The notes under the pieces are model-generated. The model was not told the origin of the DNA. It worked only from the letters and a program-made list of their open reading frames with translations, and ran no database searches. Of a DNA stretch of 64,000 bases, positions 37,296-45,135 are shown piece after piece. The position numbers were made by a program, and so were the translations under genes. The DNA is taken from the NCBI GenBank assembly GCA_024654535.1, contig JANLHL010000016.1:288626-352625 (forward strand), read 5' to 3'. Within the stretch, counting starts at the first letter, position 1, and each line of letters begins with the position of its first letter. This DNA is from Candidatus Roizmanbacteria bacterium. Its GTDB lineage: Bacteria; Patescibacteriota; Microgenomatia; UBA1406.

Positions 37296-39029
37296 CTACC
37301 GGCACGTTCCCCCACCCGTAGCAGGAAGATACACCTTATTCGTGAGATTCCTTAAGTCTCGTGTTGGACCAGGAGTAACTTTAACACAAGTTGGCACGGG
37401 CGTTGGGGTTTCTGTGCTCGTAGCAGTAACAGTTGGAGTAGCTGAAGGTAAAGGTGTTGGCGTATACATTGTAAGATTACCTGTACATTCGTCAAATTGG
37501 TCATCTACCCCAGTAATATCGCCCTGATTACCAGAAAATGCTAAATCTATAGTATACGGCCCATTTCCAAGCGATATTTGGTCTATGTTTAGCGGAAATG
37601 CATACGGATTCCATCCTTCTTGGTCATCGTATGGGTGTATCTGTTCGAAAACCATTTTTTTATACACATCGTACACTCGTACCACAAGGGATCTATTTGA
37701 GGGGTAGTTATCACCATTTATGAATCCAAAACGACCAAATAAATAGTACTGTTTACCTGGATACAAATACATACCTTCTATAGTAATAGAGCCATCTCCG
37801 TGTTCTGTCGGTGAGTAAAAACCAAATTGGGTTTCAGGATTTCCAGCAAGAGACCATTGGACATTCCCTTTAGAAGTAATTGGGCCAAGATTCATAGCTT
37901 TACAGCTGCTCTGGTCGTATCCAGGAACGGGTGTTACCGTAGGAACTCCGGCTGTTGATGTTGGCCGTGGCGTAGCTGTTGATGGTATTTGGGTAGGCGT
38001 ACTTATTGGTATTTCTGGTGTCACCGTTGTAGTAGGTGTTCTCGTGGGGGTATACTGGCTCGTTGGCGTTCTTGTTGGAATAACAGTTGGAGTCCTCGGA
38101 GTCGCTGTAGCGGCAGTTTGTGTAGGCGTTCTTGAAGGAGTTATAGTACTTGTAAACGTTGGAGATTGCGTTGCTGTCGCAGTAGGAGTCGGTACTAGCT
38201 GCGGTGCATCAATAACAAGATTTTGTAGTTTCCATTCAGCACCCGTATTGTGAGTGCTAATTGTAACCATAATTGCCGAAACAGCATCTGGTCCTGGGAC
38301 TATGCCAACTGACTTTAAATCGGCCAAAAGAGATTGCGTCATAGTAGCTATATCAATAGTTTCATGCCCTGTCTCTAAAGGAACAGAGGCCCAGTATGAT
38401 GTATCTTCTTCTGGGGTTGCACCGGGAACTGCGACAACTATTCCAAATTCCAAATATCCCGAGTTTGTATCGTTAACCGTATCGGTCTGTACAGTAAATG
38501 GTTTCATACTAAAAATATCTGTTGCGTTAATTGGGTCACTAAAAAACCCAGAAACAAACGAATAAATTATGGATGGATCTGGATTTTTTCTCATTTGTAC
38601 CGAAACTTCTTGTGTACAATTTGGATTATCGTTAATAGATACAGAATAATCGACTCCATCTGGTGCATTTGAAGACTCACCATTTTCTGAAACGTGGTAA
38701 TTAGTAAGTAAATGGTATATATCACCTTGTGCCGAATGTATCCGTTTATCTATGAGCATACTACTGTCGGGTCTTCTTACTCCTGTGTCTTCATACTGAT
38801 CCATTTCTATAAATTCATGACCAAGCATTACTCCGCTACAGGCTGGTGTTTCAGGTTGAGTAGATTGCATATCATTTGCAGCATAGGCGACCAAATTCCC
38901 TGTAGTAAGTGCCATGAGCAAAGCTGCAGCTGCGCCATACCGAGTAACGCCGGTACGAAGACTATCCGGCAACCAACGCGGTAATAGTGATCCCTTCACC
39001 CTTGACCCACATTGTCCTTCTTTATACAT
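37296..39029 (-). CDS. Secreted surface protein with long Pro/Thr-rich linkers
   Basis: N-terminal signal/anchor (AAAALLMALTTGNLVAYA), two globular regions separated by TPT/PTx linkers, and an ending ...VYLPATGGGTCR. Confidence 0.6.
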   Translation of the reverse strand: MYKEGQCGSRVKGSLLPRWLPDSLRTGVTRYGAAAALLMALTTGNLVAYAANDMQSTQPETPACSGVMLGHEFIEMDQYEDTGVRRPDSSMLIDKRIHSAQGDIYHLLTNYHVSENGESSNAPDGVDYSVSINDNPNCTQEVSVQMRKNPDPSIIYSFVSGFFSDPINATDIFSMKPFTVQTDTVNDTNSGYLEFGIVVAVPGATPEEDTSYWASVPLETGHETIDIATMTQSLLADLKSVGIVPGPDAVSAIMVTISTHNTGAEWKLQNLVIDAPQLVPTPTATATQSPTFTSTITPSRTPTQTAATATPRTPTVIPTRTPTSQYTPTRTPTTTVTPEIPISTPTQIPSTATPRPTSTAGVPTVTPVPGYDQSSCKAMNLGPITSKGNVQWSLAGNPETQFGFYSPTEHGDGSITIEGMYLYPGKQYYLFGRFGFINGDNYPSNRSLVVRVYDVYKKMVFEQIHPYDDQEGWNPYAFPLNIDQISLGNGPYTIDLAFSGNQGDITGVDDQFDECTGNLTMYTPTPLPSATPTVTATSTETPTPVPTCVKVTPGPTRDLRNLTNKVYLPATGGGTCR

Positions 39030-39040
39030 ATTTAATATGT
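39026..39040. promoter_or_regulatory. 15-nt palindrome ACATATT-T-AATATGT overlapping the start codon of the 37296-39029 gene
   Basis: Reverse complement of the 15-mer at 13045-13059. TGGTATAAT lies just upstream on the minus strand. Confidence 0.35.
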
Positions 39041-39103
39041 ATATTATACCACTTTGAGTCAGCTCATATCTGTGATACGGTGAAGCATGTATTATTATGT
39101 AAG

Positions 39104-39970
39104 TTACAAAAGTGCTTCAGGAATGTGTGAAACGTACAAATCACCCAGTACCTGCTCTGGATTATTTCTTGTGCTTGATTTCATATTTCTTTGAAATAGT
39201 GAAGATAGCATGACCATGATTTTCGCTTCTTGCAGATGATAATCAACGAAATTGAGAAATTGTACTATATCTGCTTCACTTCTATTACGTTGCTGGGCTC
39301 CATCAAAATTTCCAACTACATGGGCAACAAGCCCCTGATACTCTTGGTACTGTAGATTTTGCATTCTGCTACCAGAATTGCATTCTTTAGCTTTTTGTGC
39401 AAGCATTTTTCTTATATTATTTTCTATAGAATGTGCAGCAAAAAAACCAACCGCAGTATCGTCCATACCGACGAGTCCACGCACCCTCTCTTTTTTTATG
39501 ATCTGTAATGTTCCGTCTATAAATCCATCCATCACCCCTAAAGTATTCTCTTGTTCACGTAATCCTAACACTGTTGATGATCTATCAGAAATATCTTCAA
39601 CAAGATGCTGCACTACTGATCTATGCAACTGAGTTGTAAATGTGCGACTTACTGTATGCCTCTTTGGAACAGTTCGCCTATCCAAAACTACAGACTCGCT
39701 CAATCGAAGTGCGGTCAATAGTGTATCACTATTAGCTTTCGACCAATCCACGCTGAAATAACTGGGAGGTTCTCCAAAAGCAGGGCTATAGCCCGATATG
39801 CATCTTGCTCCAGGTGCCGTGTCTGCCTGTGCTGCTAAATATCGCCGTAGCTCTGGCGTTTCATTTACCAGTGCTGGGAATCCAACACAACCTAGAACTG
39901 CCATTGAAAATTCCTGATCTGACAGGTAATGCGGTTTAAGAGGTTCAATTTCAGGTCTATACATACTCAT
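39104..39970 (-). CDS. Hypothetical protein
   Basis: The track start at 39979 is TTG and abuts the -10 box. The ATG at 39970 (MSMYRPE) lies 8 nt after TGATATAAT. No domain recognised. Confidence 0.5.
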   Translation of the reverse strand: MSMYRPEIEPLKPHYLSDQEFSMAVLGCVGFPALVNETPELRRYLAAQADTAPGARCISGYSPAFGEPPSYFSVDWSKANSDTLLTALRLSESVVLDRRTVPKRHTVSRTFTTQLHRSVVQHLVEDISDRSSTVLGLREQENTLGVMDGFIDGTLQIIKKERVRGLVGMDDTAVGFFAAHSIENNIRKMLAQKAKECNSGSRMQNLQYQEYQGLVAHVVGNFDGAQQRNRSEADIVQFLNFVDYHLQEAKIMVMLSSLFQRNMKSSTRNNPEQVLGDLYVSHIPEALL

Positions 39971-40046
39971 TACGTGCAATTATATCAATATTATAGGCTA
40001 TTCTCAATCAGAATATACTCTTAATAATGTCACTATAGTTCGATAT

Positions 40047-40553
40047 TTAAAACGACTTTTCTATTGTGTAATAGGAGAACGAGACAGTGCTTTCTTTCCC
40101 TTCCTCTACATGAGTGACTTTCAAGAATTGGCTATAGTCTGGGAAATAGACATCTGCTTCGGCCGTTGCATTTACTATTGTTAAGTATAATCTATCGAGA
40201 ATCGGCATCGCCTTTGCGAAAATTGCTGCTCCGCCAATTATGAAAATTTCTTTTTTTTCATCTAAAGTCGCCTCCTCTAAGGCTTCCTCGAGTGAGTGAA
40301 CCACGACTACTCCTGTTGGGTGATACTCTGCATTTCGGGTAATGACTATATTTTTGCGCCCAGGTAGCGGTTTTCCTATGGATTCATATGTTTTTCTACC
40401 CATGATTATGGGGTGACCCATGGTGATTTCTTTAAAACGTTTCAAATCAGAAGATATACGCCAGATAAGTTGATTATTCTTCCCCAGTTCCCTATTTTTA
40501 CCTATGGCGGCGACTGCGCTTATCGTTGGTTTCATAATGTTATTCTTGGACAT
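40047..40553 (-). CDS. folA: Dihydrofolate reductase
   Basis: ISAVAAIGKNRELG, GRKTYESIG and IIGGAAIF motifs. Directly downstream of thyA. Confidence 0.9.
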   Translation of the reverse strand: MSKNNIMKPTISAVAAIGKNRELGKNNQLIWRISSDLKRFKEITMGHPIIMGRKTYESIGKPLPGRKNIVITRNAEYHPTGVVVVHSLEEALEEATLDEKKEIFIIGGAAIFAKAMPILDRLYLTIVNATAEADVYFPDYSQFLKVTHVEEGKESTVSFSYYTIEKSF

Positions 40554-40594
40554 TTAATCTTTGATGTTTAATGGATATTTGTAACTTCTAGTTA

Positions 40595-41551
40595 TTATTC
40601 CTTTTTGTAATAGCCACCTGCTACTGTAAGTTTTGCTTTAATGGGCGGGTACGGGTTATATCCTTCAACGACTATATCTTCCGGCTTGATAGTATCTATT
40701 GTCTTTGCTGTGCCTGTTATGGAAAGTTTTGGAAATGCGCGTGGTTTTCGTGCAATCTGCTTTTTTACTTGCTCTATATGATTCTCATATACATGTACAT
40801 CACCGAACGTATGCACAAACTCTCCCACTTCATACCCGGTTACATAGGCAATTAGGTGAGTTAACAGTGCATAGCTTGCTATATTAAACGGTACACCTAG
40901 AAATAAATCTGCGCTGCGCTGATAGAGCTGTAAACACACCTTACCATTCATCACGTTCAGCTGGAACATATTGTGGCAAATGGGAAAGTACGAAGTGTCT
41001 TCTTGGCGGGCCATTGTATATAAATACTCCGGATTCCATGAATTCACAATAGCGTTATGCGCATTTGGGTCTTCTACTATTTCGTTTATAGCCCATGAAA
41101 GCTGGTCTATTGTCTTGCCATGTTTCGTTGGCCAGTGTCTCCATAACTCTCCATAAATCCTGGGCAATTCTCCCCATTTTTCAGCAAAAGCATCATCTGT
41201 TCGTATTTTCTCGACAAACTCTTCTTTGGATATTGGATATTGGTTATTGGGTATTTGTTGATATATCTTATAGGGATAATCGTCCCAAATGTGTACATCG
41301 TGGTCGACAAGATATTTGATATTTGAATATCCTTTCATAAACCAAAAAAGCTCATACAACACACCCTTCCAATACACTTTTTTTGTGGTGAGCAATGGAA
41401 ATCCCTGCGATAAATCAAAGCGGATTTGACGACCAAACAAGCTATATGAAGCAACCCCTGTGCCACGATCCACTTTGCGAATACCTGTATCGAGCGCTTC
41501 TTGTAAAAGATTTAAATACTGCCGCTCTGGATGAAAAACCATAGTATACAT
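40595..41551 (-). CDS. thyA: Thymidylate synthase (ThyA, long form)
   Basis: Catalytic Cys context FPICHNMFQ, DLFLGVPFNIASY, and a Lactobacillus-type long insert (DDAFAEKWGELP). Confidence 0.9.
   Translation of the reverse strand: MYTMVFHPERQYLNLLQEALDTGIRKVDRGTGVASYSLFGRQIRFDLSQGFPLLTTKKVYWKGVLYELFWFMKGYSNIKYLVDHDVHIWDDYPYKIYQQIPNNQYPISKEEFVEKIRTDDAFAEKWGELPRIYGELWRHWPTKHGKTIDQLSWAINEIVEDPNAHNAIVNSWNPEYLYTMARQEDTSYFPICHNMFQLNVMNGKVCLQLYQRSADLFLGVPFNIASYALLTHLIAYVTGYEVGEFVHTFGDVHVYENHIEQVKKQIARKPRAFPKLSITGTAKTIDTIKPEDIVVEGYNPYPPIKAKLTVAGGYYKKE
41226..41253. repeat. TTGGATA-type heptamer array inside the thyA coding sequence
   Basis: TTGGATA-TTGGATA-TTGGTTA-TTGGGTA on the plus strand, antisense to thyA codons for IPNNQYPIS. 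Confidence 0.6.
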
Positions 41552-41570
41552 AGGTATGAATTTATAATTC

Positions 41571-42113
41571 TCAGACTTGTTTCTCTCTTTTTTCTGTCGT
41601 TACTCTACCACCTTGCCACTGCCCACGGTACATACTCCCTCCACCATCTACCCAATAAAACTGCGCATGAATAATACGCGCGCCCATTTCAATAGTCACT
41701 GGCAATGGACCCTCGTTTTTCACCGCAAACGTTAGCTTGCCACAGTATCCAGGGGCAACATTACCTGATCGCACTACCAAACCACTTCTAAACGTTGTCG
41801 TGCGTGGTTTAAAATTCACCGTAATATCTTGGGGGACATTTACTGTCTCTATGGTGGTCATGAGCAAATACTTGCCTGGTTCAATAATGTAGGCAGTCTT
41901 TTTGCCCTTGCGATATTCGATTATTTTTTTTATGTCGGGTGTCTCACGCTCTACTTCACCCAAAAATGCTGTGCCACCGGAAATTTCGTATAACTCACCC
42001 ACCCGCAGATCAAAACCAGCACCCTCTGGGTTGGTTAATTCGCGCTCGCTCAAACCATCAACAAGCTTAATTTCCTTCACCAGTTCAAGTAGTCTTTTTG
42101 GTCCGATAATCAT
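41571..42113 (-). CDS. dCTP deaminase/dUTPase-superfamily protein (divergent second copy)
   Basis: From MIIGPKR: GAGFDLRVG and a VRSGNVAPGY-type beta-barrel pattern. The start is moved from 42233 to the ATG at 42113. Confidence 0.6.
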   Translation of the reverse strand: MIIGPKRLLELVKEIKLVDGLSERELTNPEGAGFDLRVGELYEISGGTAFLGEVERETPDIKKIIEYRKGKKTAYIIEPGKYLLMTTIETVNVPQDITVNFKPRTTTFRSGLVVRSGNVAPGYCGKLTFAVKNEGPLPVTIEMGARIIHAQFYWVDGGGSMYRGQWQGGRVTTEKREKQV

Positions 42114-42130
42114 ATGCGCAGTGTAGCGAA

Positions 42131-42766
42131 TTATTCTAGAAGTTTCAACATTTGAATGTATGGTAAAAAATACTCCGGATAAAGATCGTCTCTTTGTTCT
42201 TGAATGAGATATCCCATATTTTCTATCCCACAATCTCTACTTATGTTCTCAGTCATAATTGACACAGCATTGCCAAGATTCTGTACTCCAAGTAACGCAT
42301 GGGGGAATAGAACCCCAATACCTAGTTCTCCAGATGTTCTATAAGCCCCTCTTAATGAACAATGAGCATGTGCTGTTTCTGGAGGATGCATAAAATCAGT
42401 TGGCAAAAATAAATCATGTCGCAAAGCTGTATTTAACCACTGAGTAGCTTGTGAAGCCCTACCCCATATTTCTTGTAATTCGCCATGTCTCTGCATATAC
42501 CATTCCATTATTAGGATCATTGCGGTCAGTTGATCACCTTGTCTAGTAAATGTATCTACAATTTTTTCTCCTTGAAAGTTATTTACTGTTGATTTCTGAG
42601 GTGTGTTTGTTCCCACTCTTTGTCGTAGTAATTCAAGTTCTCTGTTTAATATATCTCCCTCTAATCCCAGCTTATATTGTAAATATATCGCTTGGAATTC
42701 ATTACTTGTTCGTAATAAGTGAGCTAAAATTGCATCAGGGGTAGGGAAACAACTTTCCGCTGTCAT
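42131..42766 (-). CDS. Hypothetical protein (MTAES N-terminus)
   Basis: The track start at 42862 is TTG. The first ATG gives MTAESCFPTPD (ATGACAGCGGAA), resembling the MTADQ starts. Confidence 0.5.
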   Translation of the reverse strand: MTAESCFPTPDAILAHLLRTSNEFQAIYLQYKLGLEGDILNRELELLRQRVGTNTPQKSTVNNFQGEKIVDTFTRQGDQLTAMILIMEWYMQRHGELQEIWGRASQATQWLNTALRHDLFLPTDFMHPPETAHAHCSLRGAYRTSGELGIGVLFPHALLGVQNLGNAVSIMTENISRDCGIENMGYLIQEQRDDLYPEYFLPYIQMLKLLE

Positions 42767-42922
42767 AATACTGTTTTCATTACTTTTAAAAATATCAACC
42801 AGTTCTCTTCTTCTGTTCCCTCGCGGAAACAAGCATGCAAATAGAAATTTCTTTGATAACAACCGGATAAATGCATCACAAACCTATTTTATGCGCATTT
42901 TTTCACATGTCAAGCAATCCGC

Positions 42923-44179
42923 TCACTTTTTTGTTGCCACCACTGTAAGCCAGTCGTGTTTGTGAATATCAAACGGCTGATCAAAAAGTGGTTCTCCGTG
43001 ATTTGAACCGAAATGCTTAATGCTGGTCAATCCAATCGAATTAAGTAGAGCAGTTATGCTCTCTTTGGTAATGTATGCAATTGGCGTACTATTTATACTA
43101 GACTGCATCCATCTGCGCCCATTGGTCTTTAACACCGCCATGTTTAAGGTAAGTAGATTCTTGTTTGTACGAGAGGGATCATAAAATTCTATAAATAAAT
43201 ACTCTCTATTTTTCGAAAAACGTGAACCAGTGATATTAAAGTCCTGAAGTCGCCTCTGTGTTGTAAGCACTTTTTCAAAATTTACTAACTGCAAGATAAC
43301 CTTACCGCCCACATCAAGTGCTTTTGCAGCGTACTTCAAGTTTTCCTTGTAATTCTCAGGGTTGTGTGCAAGTGCATTTCCTAAAAATATTACAGCATTA
43401 AAAAGTCCTTTTTGCTCAACTAACATTGTCTTATAAGTACTACCCTTTATAAGGGTAAGCTTATCTTTGCGCAATTGGCTCAGCTTATTCCATTTTTGGA
43501 TGCTCTCTTTGTGCATTCGCAAACTTTTGTCTAACCCAACCACAGTGTATCCTTTTTCTACTAACGCAATATCATGTCCACCCGTGCCACAGCCAATATC
43601 GAGAATACGAGTTTTTTTTTCTAAACCGATCAATTTTGCTATACTTTCAGACTCAATTGAATATTTTTTTCGCTTATTCTGAACAAGGTCGAAATGATAG
43701 GCAAGCCAGTCATGATATTCCTCCTCATTATCATAGGGAATCTCACTACCTACCAAAGCTCTAAATATATCTCCTTTAGAAATGACACCCACTATCTCGT
43801 TACTATCGTTCACTACGGGAAGATGGCTAAATCTATTGACCAACATTAGGGATTGAGCTCGCATTAAAGGCATATTTTCAGATATAGACTTCACAGATGT
43901 TTCTACGTACTTTTCTATTTGTTGACCGAGTAACTCTTGCAAGTTCTCTGAAAAAATATCAGCTCTCGATGAACTGACAAAACTTTCTACGAAATCTTGT
44001 ATCGAAGGAAACATATTTTGCAGTATGTCTTGTTCAGTTAAAATACCGTACAGCTTTTTATCTTTTTCTACGAGGACAGAGGAAATACCGAGATTATAGA
44101 ATAAACGAACTGCTTCTCTCACCGTACTTTCCGGTTTGAGTGCCACCGGATCTTTTTGCATAAATTCATGAACCTTCAT
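42923..44179 (-). CDS. CBS-pair domain fused to a class I SAM-dependent methyltransferase
   Basis: Two CBS-like repeats in the N-terminal third, then ILDIGCGTGGH (SAM motif I). Confidence 0.75.
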   Translation of the reverse strand: MKVHEFMQKDPVALKPESTVREAVRLFYNLGISSVLVEKDKKLYGILTEQDILQNMFPSIQDFVESFVSSSRADIFSENLQELLGQQIEKYVETSVKSISENMPLMRAQSLMLVNRFSHLPVVNDSNEIVGVISKGDIFRALVGSEIPYDNEEEYHDWLAYHFDLVQNKRKKYSIESESIAKLIGLEKKTRILDIGCGTGGHDIALVEKGYTVVGLDKSLRMHKESIQKWNKLSQLRKDKLTLIKGSTYKTMLVEQKGLFNAVIFLGNALAHNPENYKENLKYAAKALDVGGKVILQLVNFEKVLTTQRRLQDFNITGSRFSKNREYLFIEFYDPSRTNKNLLTLNMAVLKTNGRRWMQSSINSTPIAYITKESITALLNSIGLTSIKHFGSNHGEPLFDQPFDIHKHDWLTVVATKK

Positions 44180-44224
44180 GTTTTCGTTTAGTATACCATC
44201 TAAATGGTGGCATGCAACATTTTA

Positions 44225-45001
44225 TCAATGCCCATTACCATTACCTGTCCCTAGATTCCAACCTCTCGCAGCAAGTTTATCCTTTAGAGTATCTGCTATC
44301 CCCCATCTTTCTAAATCCGGATAAAATCCCGTAACCGTATTAAGTGCCCACTCTTTTGCCGTTATCATACGTCTCTGAGTAGCAAATCTACGCTTCATTT
44401 CAGGTTGCCAGTTAACTATCAAATCAGCTAAATCTTCATAATGCGCTTGTTCGCCCATTCCTCCACCCAATTCCCATGTATAGTTAAACCCCATTTTTTG
44501 TGCTAATGCAAGCATTGCAGCATGACCTTCATTTAGCGTCACTCCAATATATAGCCTTTCCCTAAACCTTCCGTCATATGCCCTGGTCATGAAAGCCCTA
44601 CTTTGAGCCATTGCCATAAGTTGTTCACCTACACCCATTCTTCTAAGCTCGTCATCTGTAACAAAATACCCTAGCCAATGTTCGTGCTCACTCCCTTTGC
44701 CGTCAGTAATAGAAGCTGCTGCAATGACCTCTCCGGTGGTTGGGTGAGTTGCTGTAACTACTTGTATCTTGTCAGTTGTTGCAATTCGTACCATATCTTC
44801 ATCACTTTCTGGAGGATTTGCAAATCTGTGGACACTACTTGGGTGAGTTAATAAACGGGTTACACCTCTAATTTGATGCATATCGGGTTGTTGGTGATCT
44901 ATAACATGAAAATCAGTCAAAGATAATGGGAGCTTATGTTCCGGGACAAGTAATCTATTTGGGTTAGGCAAAAGCACCTGAGCGCTGTCATCTACAGTCA
45001 T
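44225..45001 (-). CDS. GNAT-family N-acetyltransferase with an N-terminal extension
   Basis: RRMGVGEQLMAMAQ is the GNAT motif A (R/Q-x-x-G-x-G/A). N-terminus is MTVDD. Confidence 0.6.
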   Translation of the reverse strand: MTVDDSAQVLLPNPNRLLVPEHKLPLSLTDFHVIDHQQPDMHQIRGVTRLLTHPSSVHRFANPPESDEDMVRIATTDKIQVVTATHPTTGEVIAAASITDGKGSEHEHWLGYFVTDDELRRMGVGEQLMAMAQSRAFMTRAYDGRFRERLYIGVTLNEGHAAMLALAQKMGFNYTWELGGGMGEQAHYEDLADLIVNWQPEMKRRFATQRRMITAKEWALNTVTGFYPDLERWGIADTLKDKLAARGWNLGTGNGNGH

Positions 45002-45135
45002 TTCATATAATGTTAAACTATATAATTAGTACTCCACTCTTTTATCATACATTACCATATGATGAAAACGTTTGGGTATTATACCACAGACTGCCCTCTA
45101 AGCCAAAATTAGATAAATATATACTGGCGTATCTT

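Noticed and set aside
37920-38220. Repetitive ACN/CCN-rich DNA
   Set aside because: It encodes the Pro/Thr linker of the 577-aa surface protein. It is an imperfect codon-level repeat with no unit structure suggesting a mobile element or CRISPR array.
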